Below, piece after piece: positions 41,108 through 51,193 of a stretch of DNA of 64,000 nt. A program made the translations under genes and the position numbers. Every line of letters starts with the position of its first letter. Within the stretch, counting starts at the first letter, position 1. The notes below the pieces were generated by a model that was given only the letters and a program-made list of their open reading frames with translations, ran no database searches and was not told the DNA's origin. Source of the DNA: an uncultured Verrucomicrobiae bacterium (GTDB lineage: Bacteria > Verrucomicrobiota > Verrucomicrobiia > Opitutales > JABDGR01); the NCBI GenBank assembly GCA_963765205.1, contig CAVXVB010000004.1, positions 96,001-160,000 on the forward strand, in the 5' to 3' direction.

Positions 41108-41542
41108 TTAGAATTTCGGCAACGCGCGGCCCTCATCCGCTTCAATGAAGTCGAACATGGTGAGGATTTCGTGGGCGCGGTGTTCCATCTTGGCTTCCTT
41201 CAGACGCATCTGGAGCCGCCCGGCGACGGCGTCGCGCCAGCCGCGCTTGACCATGAAGTCGTTCCAGTCGGCGATTTCGTCGTTGGTCAGGCGGCGGCCA
41301 TGCTCGACGCACCATTGCCAAAGCGCGTCGTCGGAGAGGCCGGAGAGGGTTTGTTTTTTCAGCTCGTCGTAGCTGACGCCGAGGAAGGCGCAGCAACGGC
41401 CGTCAAAGCCACCGCCGAGGTTTTCGATGTAGTCCGGGCCTAAATCGCCGGCGGCGTGCAGGCGGATTTTGTCCACCAGGCGGGCGAAATAGACGAGGCC
41501 GCCAGTCTTGTCATAGACGCTGCGAGGAAAGCGGGTTGCCAT
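41108..41542 (-). CDS. DUF5069-family protein
   Basis: PRSVYDKTGGLVYFARLVDKIRLHAAG...FDFIEADEGR. Confidence 0.75.
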   Translation of the reverse strand: MATRFPRSVYDKTGGLVYFARLVDKIRLHAAGDLGPDYIENLGGGFDGRCCAFLGVSYDELKKQTLSGLSDDALWQWCVEHGRRLTNDEIADWNDFMVKRGWRDAVAGRLQMRLKEAKMEHRAHEILTMFDFIEADEGRALPKF

Positions 41543-41632
41543 AAAATAAAGAAGGTGAGGGAACACCTTAGCAGATTTTCAGGCCAGGGGAAGCCTCATG
41601 TGCCGGGCGGATGACCCCGGCAAATCGTTCAT

Positions 41633-41710
41633 CGTCAAGGCGCGAAGGGTGCAAAGAATGACTCGTTAGTGTAAATCCGCCTTTGCGCCCTTTGCGTCTT
41701 GGCGGTGAAA
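41633..41710. repeat. Palindromic element of the CGCAAAG / CTTTGCG family
   Basis: CGTCAAGGCGCGAAGGGTGCAAAG ... CTTTGCGCCCTTTGCGTCTTGGCGGTGAA; relative at 45384-45460. Confidence 0.6.
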
Positions 41711-41713
41711 AAA

Positions 41714-42980
41714 CTACGGCTCCGCGTGGCCCGCCAGGGAATCCAGCTTCCGCAATTTCGGCGCGCGCCAGGCAGTGACGGAGACGACGACGAGGGTCAT
41801 GCACCCGCCGAAGACGACCGACGCGACGGTGCCCATGAGTTTCGCCATCACGCCGGATTCGAATTCGCCGATTTCATTCGAGGAGCCGACGAAGATCGAG
41901 CTGACGGCCGCGACGCGGCCTTTCATGTGGTCGGGCGTGACGATCTGGAACATCGTCCAGCGCACAAAGACGCTCACCGCATCAAACCCTCCGCTAAGCA
42001 CCAGCCACAAGAAAGAGAGCCAGAAGTTCTTGCTGATGCCAAACAGGATCATCGCGATGCCGAAGCCCACGACGTTGCACATCAGCGCCGTGCCCGCGCG
42101 GCGCGTAATCGGACGATACGAAAGATAAACGCCCACGATGGCCGAGCCGACGGCTGGCGCCGCACGCAGCAGCCCAAGGCCGAGTGGGCCGGTGTGGAGA
42201 ATCTCGCCGGCATAAATCGGCAGGAGCGCGACCGCGCCGCCAAACAGGACGGCAAACAAATCCAGCGACATCGCGCCGAGGATGATCTGGTTGCGGAACA
42301 CAAAGCGCAGCCCTTCATGGATGCTGGCGACGATGGATTGTTCGGCCCGGGGCGCGCGCGTGGGCGGGGCTTCCATGGCGAGCAGGCAAATCCAGCCGAT
42401 GAAGAGCATCGCCGTGGCCAGTCCGTAAGTCATCGCCGCACCGCAATAGCCATAGAGAAAACCCGCCGCCGCCGGCCCGCCAATGCAGGCCGCCTGCCAG
42501 ACGTTGGCGTTCCACACCGAGGCGTTGCCGTAAAGCTCAGGCGGCACAATCTGCCCCAGCAGCCCGAAATGCGCGGGGCTGAGAAAACCGCCGGCACAGG
42601 CCCGTCAGAAAAATCACCGCATAAATCAGCCAGAGATTTCCGACCAGAAAATTATGCAGCGCGGGCAGCGAAATCACCGCGAGCGCGGCGGTGGCGAAGA
42701 CAAAGAGACCATTGGAAATGCGCAGGATCGAGCGGCGGCTCACCACGTCTGCCACATGCCCGGCCAGCAGGGACACCCCGAGCGCGGGCACCGCTTCCGC
42801 CAGGCCAATCAGGCCAAGCTTGAGCGGGTCGTGCGTCAGTTCATAAATCTGCCAGCCAACGGCCACGCTTTGAATCTGGATCGCACTCGACCCGAACAGC
42901 CGGTAAAGCCAGAACGCGCGATACGCCGGCACGCGGAAAGCGGCGTAGGCATCGGGCGGGCCAGCGGAATCATCAGGCAT
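41714..42980 (-). pseudogene. MFS transporter (EntS/MefA-like), apparent +1 frameshift near 42590
   Basis: VAVGWQIYELTHDPLKLGLIGLAEAVP, AGHVAD; second half SLDLFAVLFGGA, PDHMKGRV, SSNEIGEFESG. Confidence 0.85.
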
Positions 42981-42989
42981 GGGCGGGAG

Positions 42990-43036
42990 GATTGAGATTT
43001 CAGATTTATGATTTCAGATTTAAGATTTAAGATTTA
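42990..43036. repeat. Heptamer tandem array (GATTTNA) just upstream of the MFS start
   Basis: GATTTCA GATTTAT GATTTCA GATTTAA GATTTAA GATTTAG. Confidence 0.75.
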
Positions 43037-43206
43037 GGAAGGATGATTCAAGGCGGGACGGGACGGCGAGGAGAAATAATCGAAGGTAGTTCCGTGGAAA
43101 GCGCGTGCTTTCGCAATTTTGTGCAGGGGCCGTAACTGGCGACGACCCCCGCGAATGAGAAAATAAGGCTGACGGCACCAGTTGGCCACGTCAGAGTCTA
43201 ATATAT

Positions 43207-44987
43207 ATGCTGTTGCACCGCCAGTGGGGGTTGGCGTGGCGCGCCGCCGCGGTTGGCGTCGCGGGCCTCGTGGCGTGGGCGGCGCCGGTGCAAGGGGCGG
43301 CGACCGGAGCCGTAGTCGCGCCGGGCGCCACTCCGAACGAAGCCGGCAGTCCCTTGCTCCGGGCGTTGGAATCCCCACCCAGCGCACCGAATCCTTCACC
43401 CAGCTCGACCCCGAACCCCGCGCCCAGCCCCGAGCATGTGGTGGTCGTCGCCAATTCGCGGGAGCCGGAGTCGGAGCCGCTGGCGCGCTATTACATGCTG
43501 AAGCGCCACATCCCCGATAAAAACCTCGTCCTGATTGACGCGCCGACGACGCAGGACATACCTGGACGGAATTTGTGGAACAGGTTTTTAATCCGCTGCG
43601 CGCGCGGCTGACCAAGGACGGCTGGTTCTCAGCCTACGTCACAAACCAGCACGACTTCGAAGGACGATTGCAATATGTTTTTTACGGCAACAAAATAGAT
43701 TTCCTCGTCGTGTGCTACGGCGTGCCCGTGCGCATTCTGAACGATCCGGCGCGCCTGACCACCACGCCGCTGACGCTCGAGCACAAGGAGTTGAACACCA
43801 ACGAGGCGGCGGTGGACAGCGAATTATCACTCCTGGGCGCGCTCAACACGCCGACGAGCGGGCTGGTGGCCAACCCGTTGTTTAATAATTTGAATCCGGA
43901 CGAGCACACGCGCGGGCTGGTGGTGAAAGTCGCGCGGCTCGACGGCCCCAGCCCGGAGGCGGTGCGCGGGATGATCGACAGCGCGCTCACGGGCGAGGCG
44001 CACGGCTTGCAGGGGCGCGCCTATATTGACATGGGCGGCCCACACCCGGAGGGCGAGGAATGGCTCAAGAACGCGAGCACGACCTTGCGCCGGCTGGGCT
44101 TCGACATTAGTGAAGATCACGAGCCGACCTTGTTCACTTGGCGGACGCGGTTCGACGCGCCGGCGTTTTATTTCGGCTGGTATGCCAAGCATCCCTCCGG
44201 GCCGATTTCAGATCCAAATTTCAAATTTCCGCCCGGGGCGATCGCCATTCACATCCATAGCTTTTCCGGCGACAATATTCGCAATGCGAACGCACGCTGG
44301 GTCGGGCCGCTGATCGTGCGGGGTGTCGCGGCCACGGTGGGGAATGTCTTTGAGCCGTATCTGAATTTCACGCACCATATTGACCTGTTTATGGACGCGC
44401 TGGCACATGACAAGACGACCGGTGAGGCCGCGTATTACGCGCTGCCCGCACTCAGCTGGCAGGAGATTTTTGTCGGCGACCCACTCTATCGCCCGTTCGC
44501 CGTGGGTTTGACCAAACAACTGGCCGCGGCGATGGACGCGCCGGGGCCGGAGTCGGCGTATGTGGTCATGCGGCAAATGAATTTGCTCCAGGAACAAAAC
44601 CAAACGACGGACGCGCTGGAGCTGGGCCAGGCGCAATTCAACCGGCAGCCGACCCTCGCGCTGGCGTTCGCGCTGGCGCAGCTCGAGCATGGGCTGAATC
44701 AGGACGCCTACGCGCGCGACCTACTCGCCTGGGCCGCGGCGCCCGGGCCGGTGGCGCGCGGCGATGAAGGCGTACTCGCCGAAATGGCGCGCTGGGCGAA
44801 TGGGAACGGCGAACGGGGACTGGCCCTCGAATTGTTCGCCAAGGCCATCACCGAGCCGGGCGTGAACGGGGAATTTTTGACCGCAGTGCTTCCGGAGGCC
44901 GTCGGCCTGGCCAAAGCGGCGGGCAACGACGATTTGCGCGGTCGCTGGCAGAAGCAACTGGACGCGTTCGACCCACCGTCCCAGTAA
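43207..44987 (+). pseudogene. TIGR03790-like exported protein, apparent -1 frameshift near 43560
   Basis: VVVVANS..ESEPLARYY; AAVDSELSLL, VARLDGP, FPPGAIAIHIHSFS, GNVFEPYL, LSWQ..FVGDPLYRPF; adding one A gives QDITWTEFVEQV. Confidence 0.78.
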
Positions 44988-45074
44988 CGTTCTTATATCC
45001 CTGTTATCCGTGCCCTCCGTGGTCAAATTGAATCACCGAAAATAGACTTATCCGCTGTTGCCCCAAAACTCGCC

Positions 45075-45362
45075 ATGCAGCCGCCCCCCAAGAAAAAAGA
45101 GGCCGACTACGCCGCGCTCGCGTCGCCCTTCATGCGCATTCCGCGGCTGACCACGGAGGTCGCGCGCGATTTGCTCGATTTGGGCCTGCGGGAAGTTTAC
45201 GAATTGCAGGGCCGCGCGCCCGAAGTGCTCTTCGCCGAGGTGCGCCGCCTGCGGCCCGCCACGCCGGCCAGCCGCCTGCCCTACTTTCGCCTCGCCGTCT
45301 ATTTCGCCGAGCACCCCGAGCCGGAGCGCGAAAAAATGCACCCGGACGCCTGGCGGGATTAA
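45075..45362 (+). CDS. Small helix-hairpin-helix protein (Cdd1/TfoX-C-like)
   Basis: FMRIP...VARDLLDLGLREVYELQGRAPEVLF...RLAVYFAE. Confidence 0.6.
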   Translation: MQPPPKKKEADYAALASPFMRIPRLTTEVARDLLDLGLREVYELQGRAPEVLFAEVRRLRPATPASRLPYFRLAVYFAEHPEPEREKMHPDAWRD

Positions 45363-45383
45363 CGTCGGCTTTGACACCCGTTT

Positions 45384-45460
45384 TCACCGCAAAGACGCGA
45401 AGGTCGCAAAGAATGGCTTTCAGGCCAAAACCCCCTTTGCGCCCTTCGCGTCTTAGCGGT
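45384..45460. repeat. Palindromic element of the CGCAAAG / CTTTGCG family
   Basis: ACCGCAAAGACGCGAAGGTCGCAAAG ... CTTTGCGCCCTTCGCGTCTTAGCGGT. Confidence 0.7.
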
Positions 45461-45554
45461 GCATTGCCTTGGGGTTATAAAACGCGGCCCGGCGCAACGC
45501 CCCCACGCAAGCTTGCCTTTGGCCGCCGGGGGTATTTAATCAATCCTTTCCCAC

Positions 45555-47144
45555 ATGAAAATCCTCGTTGCCGACAAAATCTCGCCCTTGGGCGTCGCCT
45601 ACTTGAAACAGCAGCCGGGCTTCGAAGTCGTCGAAGCCTACGGCTCGAAGCCCGAGCAGATCCTCGCCCTGGTCAAGGACGTGGACGCCATCGCTGTGCG
45701 CAGCGAGACGCAGATCACGCGCGAGGTCATCGCCGCCGCGCCCAAGCTCAAGGCCGTGGGCCGCGCGGGCGTCGGGGTGGATAATATTGATGTCGAGGCG
45801 GCGACCGAGCGGGGCGTCATCGTCATGAACACACCGACGGGCAACACCATCGCCACCGCCGAACTGACCTTCACCCACATGCTCTGCGGCGCGCGCCCCG
45901 TCGTGCAGGCGGGCGCTTCCATGAAGGCCGGCCAGTGGGACCGCAAAAGCTTTTCCGGCAGCGAACTGTTCCAGAAAACGCTCGGCGTCCTCGGCCTCGG
46001 GCGCATCGGCGCGGAAGTCTCGAAACGCGCGCTGGCCTTTGGCATGAAGGTGCTCGCCTACGACCCCTACCTCACCGCCGCCCGCGCCAAGGCCCTCAAC
46101 GTCGAGATGGTCGCGCGCGAGGAGATTTTTACGAAGTCCGACTACATCACCGTCCACATGCCCCTGACCGACGATACGAAATACATGGTGGACGAGGCGG
46201 CGTTTGCGAAGATGAAAAAAGGTGTGCGAATTTTCAACTGCGCGCGCGGCGGCATCATCAAGGAAAGCGCGCTCGTCGCCGCCCTCCAATCCGGCCACGT
46301 CGCCGCCGCGGGGCTGGACGTGTTTGAGGACGAGCCGCTGGCCGCCGACCACCCGCTGCGCAAGCTGCCCAACGTCGTGCTGACGCCGCACCTGGGCGCT
46401 TCGACCAAGGAGGCGCAAGAAAGCGTGGGCATCGAAGTCGCCGAAGCCCTCGCCGAAGTTTTGAAGGGCGGCGTGGTGCGCAACGCCGTCAACATGCCCT
46501 CGGTGGACGCGCACACGCTCTCCGTGCTGCGGCCCTATTTTGTGCTGGGCGAAAAACTCGGCGTCGTGCTGCAACAGGCCGCGCCGAGCAAAATCGAAAA
46601 ACTACGCATTACCTATTTCGGAAAAATTTGCGAGCTGGACTCGAACCCGCTCACGCGCGCCATCCAGCGCGGCTATCTGCGGCGCATCAGCGGCGCGGAC
46701 GTGACGGATGTGAACGCCCCCATGCGCATGCACCAGCTCGGCATCGCGGTCGAGACAGTCCGTTCCTCGACGCCGGCGGATTACACCGAGCTGGTGCAGC
46801 TCGAGGCGACGGACGCAGCGGGGCATACCACGATAGTTTCCGGCACGCTCATCGGCACCGCGCAGAACCCGCGCCTCGTCAATTTGATGGGCCACAGTGT
46901 CGAAGTGACGCCGTCCGGCTTCCTGCTCGTGCTGCGCAACCGCGACGTGCCTGGCATCGTCGGCATGTTGGGCACCATCCTCGGCAAGCACCAGGTCAAC
47001 ATCGCCAACATGTCCCTCAGTCGCAGCAGCTCGAGCCAGGAGGCGCTCGCGATCTACCAGCTCGACAGCCGCCCGACGGAAGAGGCGCTGAAGGAAATTA
47101 GGAACCACCCCGCGATTCTTGGCCTGCAGGTGATTGTGGTGTGA
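45555..47144 (+). CDS. serA: D-3-phosphoglycerate dehydrogenase
   Basis: GRAGVGVDNID, GLGRIG, NCARGG, LTPHLGAST, ASB and ACT domains. Confidence 0.96.
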   Translation: MKILVADKISPLGVAYLKQQPGFEVVEAYGSKPEQILALVKDVDAIAVRSETQITREVIAAAPKLKAVGRAGVGVDNIDVEAATERGVIVMNTPTGNTIATAELTFTHMLCGARPVVQAGASMKAGQWDRKSFSGSELFQKTLGVLGLGRIGAEVSKRALAFGMKVLAYDPYLTAARAKALNVEMVAREEIFTKSDYITVHMPLTDDTKYMVDEAAFAKMKKGVRIFNCARGGIIKESALVAALQSGHVAAAGLDVFEDEPLAADHPLRKLPNVVLTPHLGASTKEAQESVGIEVAEALAEVLKGGVVRNAVNMPSVDAHTLSVLRPYFVLGEKLGVVLQQAAPSKIEKLRITYFGKICELDSNPLTRAIQRGYLRRISGADVTDVNAPMRMHQLGIAVETVRSSTPADYTELVQLEATDAAGHTTIVSGTLIGTAQNPRLVNLMGHSVEVTPSGFLLVLRNRDVPGIVGMLGTILGKHQVNIANMSLSRSSSSQEALAIYQLDSRPTEEALKEIRNHPAILGLQVIVV

Positions 47145-47286
47145 GGTGGCTTGCCTTCACGGTGATCAAAGGGTGTGAAGCGTGAACGGGGTTGGTCGGA
47201 GCGGGGTAAGAAGGGAAAACTGCGGGTGGAGTTTGAACTTCCCACGCCACCCTCAACGTCTCACACTTCTGTTGCTGCTTCTTCTC

Positions 47287-47955
47287 ATGGCCCCCGCCTG
47301 GCTTATTATTCTCGCCGCCGTCATCGGCTACTTGCTTGGCTCGATCTCTTTTGCCGTGCTTGTCGCCAAGCGCCGGGGCGTGGACATTTTTCAGGCGGGC
47401 AGCGGCAACCCCGGGGCGACTAACGTGCTGCGCGTGCTGGGCAAGGGGCCGGGCTACGGCGTGTTCTTCCTCGATTTCCTCAAGGGTTTTATCGCGGCGG
47501 ACTGGCCGATGATTGCGCGGAATTGCGGTTGGATCACGGTGGACGAAGGCACGTATTTGTGGATGGGCATCGCTGGGTTGGCCGGCGCGGTGGCAGGGCA
47601 CAGTTTTTCAGTGTTTTTGCGCTTTCGCGGCGGCAAGGGTGTGGCAACAACTATCGGCGGCTTGATGGCGTTGATGCCGTTCGTCACCTTGGGCGGGCTG
47701 TTGGTGTGGAACGCGGTGTTTTTCACGACACGTTATGTATCACTTGCCTCAATTTTGTTTGGCCTGGCGCTGATGCCGCTGGCCGCCATCCTGCGCGAGC
47801 CGCGCGCCTTGGTCGGCTTGAGTTTCATGCTGGCCGTCCTCATCCTCTGGCGCCACCGGGCGAACCTCGGCCGCCTGATGAACGGCACGGAGCCAAAGTT
47901 TGGAAAGAAGAAGGGCACTGAGGCGACGGACGCGCTGAGGGACAAAGGCGATTGA
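47287..47955 (+). CDS. plsY: Glycerol-3-phosphate acyltransferase
   Basis: GYLLGSI, GSGNPGATN, FRGGKGVAT, HRANLGRL..GTE. Confidence 0.95.
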   Translation: MAPAWLIILAAVIGYLLGSISFAVLVAKRRGVDIFQAGSGNPGATNVLRVLGKGPGYGVFFLDFLKGFIAADWPMIARNCGWITVDEGTYLWMGIAGLAGAVAGHSFSVFLRFRGGKGVATTIGGLMALMPFVTLGGLLVWNAVFFTTRYVSLASILFGLALMPLAAILREPRALVGLSFMLAVLILWRHRANLGRLMNGTEPKFGKKKGTEATDALRDKGD

Positions 47956-48101
47956 GGCGCGCAGAAATTGGGTGTTTAAAACTGCGGATTTTAGATGCAT
48001 TCCCTTTGTGCCTTTGTGCCTCTGTCCCTTTGTCCCTGTCTTTCCCCCGCCCTTTTATTCTCGTGTTTTTTCGGGAATTGTAAGATGAGCCTCCATTGAC
48101 C

Positions 48102-49436
48102 ATGCCCGACCAACGCACCATCCGCATCGGCCTGCTGGGCTTCGGCACCGTCGGCCAAGGGGTCTGGAAGCACCTGCACAACAACCGCGCGGCGCTCGCA
48201 CGGCGCCTGAGCGTGGACTTGGAGATTACGCGCGTGGGCGTGCGCGACTTGCGGAAGAAACGCGTGGTCAAAATCCCGCGCGCCCGCCTGACCACCGATT
48301 TGGCCTCCATCGTGGACGACCTGCGGATTGACATCGTCTGCGAACTCATCGGCGGCGTGACGACCGCGCGGGAGCTGACCACGCGCGCGCTGGGGCTGGG
48401 CAAGGTCGTCGTCACCGGCAACAAGGCGCTGTTGTGCGAGCACGGGGCGGAATTGTTCCGGCTCGTCCAGCGCGGGCGCGGGCATTATTTTTTCGAGGCC
48501 AGTGTGGCGGGCGGCATTCCCATCATCAAGGTGCTGCGCGAGGGGCTGATTGCGAACCGCTTCCGGCTCATTTACGGCATCCTCAACGGCACCTGTAATT
48601 ATATTTTGACGCGCATGGCGCGCGAGGGACGCCCCTTTGCCGAGGTGCTGGCCGACGCGAAAAGGCTCGGCTACGCGGAGGCGGACGAGGCGCTGGACGT
48701 GGACGGCTGGGACGCCGCGCACAAGGCCGTCATCCTCGCCTACCTCGCGCACGGGCGCTGGATCAAGCCGCGGCAAATGCTCGTGCAGGGCATCCGCGAG
48801 ATCACGCCGCGCGACCTCGCCTACGCGCGCGAACTCGGCTACACGGTCAAGCTGCTGGCCATCATCACCCGGGATTTTTCGACGAACCGCGTGTTTGCCC
48901 GCGTGCATCCGTGCCTGCTGCCGGCAAAAAATTTGCTCTCCTCGGTGGACGACGTGTTCAACGGGATTTGCCTAAATGCGGACGTGGCCGGCTCGACGCT
49001 GCTCGTCGGCCGGGGCGCGGGGCAGGACGCGACGGCGAGCGCGGTGTTGAGCGACATCGCCGACGCCGTGGTCGCGCTGCGCGGCGTGCCCGCGCCGGTG
49101 ATTTGCGAAGAGGACGCCGACACCTACGCGCGCCTCGGCTCGGGCATCGGCATCGCGGCGCTCGCGGAAATCACCGGGCGCTACTATCTGCGGCTGACGG
49201 TGCAGGACCGCCCCGGCGTGCTGGCGGACGTCGCGCGCGCACTGGCCGACCACCAGATTTCAATTGCGACCATGATCCAGCACGAAGACCGCGCGCGGCA
49301 GACGGCGGAAATCATCTTCACCACGCACGCCTCGAACGAGCAAAGCGTCCACCAGGCCTGCCGCCATCTAAAAAAACTCCGCGCCGTCCTCGGCGCGCCC
49401 TTCCTGCTGCGGATTCTGGAGGACGAGGGGTTGTAG
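48102..49436 (+). CDS. hom: Homoserine dehydrogenase with C-terminal ACT domain
   Basis: GFGTVG, VTGNKAL, FEASVAGGIP, GILNGTCNYIL, GRGAG. Confidence 0.95.
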   Translation: MPDQRTIRIGLLGFGTVGQGVWKHLHNNRAALARRLSVDLEITRVGVRDLRKKRVVKIPRARLTTDLASIVDDLRIDIVCELIGGVTTARELTTRALGLGKVVVTGNKALLCEHGAELFRLVQRGRGHYFFEASVAGGIPIIKVLREGLIANRFRLIYGILNGTCNYILTRMAREGRPFAEVLADAKRLGYAEADEALDVDGWDAAHKAVILAYLAHGRWIKPRQMLVQGIREITPRDLAYARELGYTVKLLAIITRDFSTNRVFARVHPCLLPAKNLLSSVDDVFNGICLNADVAGSTLLVGRGAGQDATASAVLSDIADAVVALRGVPAPVICEEDADTYARLGSGIGIAALAEITGRYYLRLTVQDRPGVLADVARALADHQISIATMIQHEDRARQTAEIIFTTHASNEQSVHQACRHLKKLRAVLGAPFLLRILEDEGL

Positions 49437-49441
49437 TTCTA

Positions 49442-49831
49442 TCAACCGTTTTCGATTTTACCGTTTACGGTTACCAAAAACGCTGTGCCACGCTTTGCCT
49501 GCTTGGCTGCCAGCATTATATCCGGAAAGCACTTGCCTAGCTTTTGCACTTGCTGCCAAAAGGCGACATTGGTCCAGCCCGGCTTCAGAAAGAAAATGGT
49601 ATGCCCGGCAGTTTTCCAAGCCTCAATTTCATGCGGATTTCTGCTGATTGCGACATCGCCAGAAATAATTATCCATTCATTTTTATGGGCTAATTCTTGC
49701 ATCCACTTAACGTCGGGAGTACTGGGAGGGAATCGATCGCGTAAATGTATAATTTCATGCTCTCCGGCTACAAACTCATTAAAGCCATGGGCAAGCCTTG
49801 GGGCAAGATTGTTGTCAATGAAGAATCTCAC
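49442..49831 (-). CDS. PIN-domain toxin (VapC45-like)
   Basis: MRFFIDNNL, PDVKWM, WIIISGD, NPHEIEA; GTG overlaps the TGA of the antitoxin remnant. Confidence 0.82.
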   Translation of the reverse strand: MRFFIDNNLAPRLAHGFNEFVAGEHEIIHLRDRFPPSTPDVKWMQELAHKNEWIIISGDVAISRNPHEIEAWKTAGHTIFFLKPGWTNVAFWQQVQKLGKCFPDIMLAAKQAKRGTAFLVTVNGKIENG

Positions 49832-51174
49832 GCAGCAATTTTAAGTTTATTCTGCTCTGTAGAAAAGATAACTTGACTCCGTAGGGACAAACTGACAAGT
49901 TGTAAGAATGAATAACCTAGCGCGATTTACGGAACTCGCGATGCGGCTGGGGGCGCGCCACCTCGATGCCTACGGCGCGGCCAAGAGCCGCCACGACTTC
50001 ACCCAACGCCAGTTGATGAGTGGCCTGCTCCTGAAGGCCTGCCTCAAGACGACCTACCGCGGGGTGTTGGAGGTGCTGGCCACCAGCGAGGTGTTGCGCC
50101 AGCAGCTGGGCTTCACGGACAAACTGCCGCATTACACCACGCTGCAAAAGTTCAGCGCCCGCGCGCAGGTGCAGGCCATTGCGGCGGCCATCCTGGCCCA
50201 GTTGGGCGGCGCGGCCGAGGCGGCCGCCCGGCGGCAGGGGCGGCGGGTCAGCGCGGCGGTGGACGCCACCGGGCTGGAAAAGACGGTGGCCAGCGCGCAT
50301 GACCTTAGCCGCACTGGCCGAACACGGCACCGGTTCGTGAAAGTTTCCGCCGCCGTGTTGTGCGGCAGCCTGCTGCCCGTGGGGCTGGTGGTGGGCTGGG
50401 GGCCGCGCAACGACAAATGCCACGCGGCGCCATTGCTGGAACAAACCTTTGCGGCCACCGCGCCCGCGCGGCTCTACGCCGACGCCGGCGACGACGCCGA
50501 ATGGGTGCCTGTCCGCGCACACGCCCAAGGCACCGAAAGCCTGATCCGGCCAGTGGTGCATCGGGCGGACGGAACCCTCGGGGGGCAGTGGCGTTCCCGC
50601 ATGACGCCGGAACACCTGCGGGCCCGCGGCTATGGCCGCCGCTGGCAGGTGGAAAGTTTCTTCAGCGCGCTCAAACGCAAGTTCGGCAGCGCCTTAAACA
50701 GCCGCACCGAAACCCAATTCTTTAAGAAATGGACTAACGATTCGGTCAAATTCGTGCTGATTATTCAGGATATTGAAAAGGCATTTATCTCCTGCTGCTT
50801 GGGCCTCGTGCAAAAGGATATCGTGTCCATCCGTTACAAAATCGTTCGTGCAAAAGGGATGATCCGTTTGCAATTTTGCCTTAGCAGCGATATGCGCTTC
50901 CCTCATGGTTTTCCAGCTTACGCCTTCATTCAGAAACGCCTCAACGTATCGAATCTCCATTAAGTCTTTGAATCCAACCGCCATTTTTCCATCACGAATA
51001 ACATGTTGACCGATCCAGACAGGCTTTGAATGATGAAGCGCGTTTTTTTGTGCTAAAATTATAGCCAAGCAGCCATCGCCGAATGCGCCATGGGCTTACT
51101 TGAGTCAGACGGGAAGCGTCCGGAATTGTGTATATGCCGGTACTTAGCAAAGTGGCATGGGGGGCGTTTTTCAT
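49828..51174 (-). pseudogene. HTH/DUF433-type antitoxin (VapB45-like), split by an IS remnant and partly deleted
   Basis: GIYTIPDASRLTQV..RRW, GFKDLMEIRYV, HPF; A7 frameshift at about 51046; broken at about 50715; last codons NKLKIAA* at 49828-49852. Confidence 0.75.
49853..50715 (+). mobile_element. Truncated IS (DDE_Tnp_1-type, IS5/IS4-like transposase from 49908), right end missing
   Basis: High-GC block; SRHDFTQRQL, PHYTTLQKF, AVDATG, YADAG, RRWQVESFFSALKRKFG; left end TGCTCTGTAGAAAAGATA; ORF reads through into antisense antitoxin DNA. Confidence 0.85.
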
Positions 51175-51193
51175 AATGAACATAAAGTCACTA

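Noticed and set aside
38368..41148. 926-aa plus-strand ORF
   Set aside because: Antisense shadow of rnr caused by GC-rich codon bias; no recognisable motifs. The same applies to the shadows of pyrG, serA and the TMTC-like genes.
49908..50963. Intact 351-aa transposase
   Set aside because: Residues after about SRTETQ are read-through into antisense antitoxin DNA, and the right TIR is missing.
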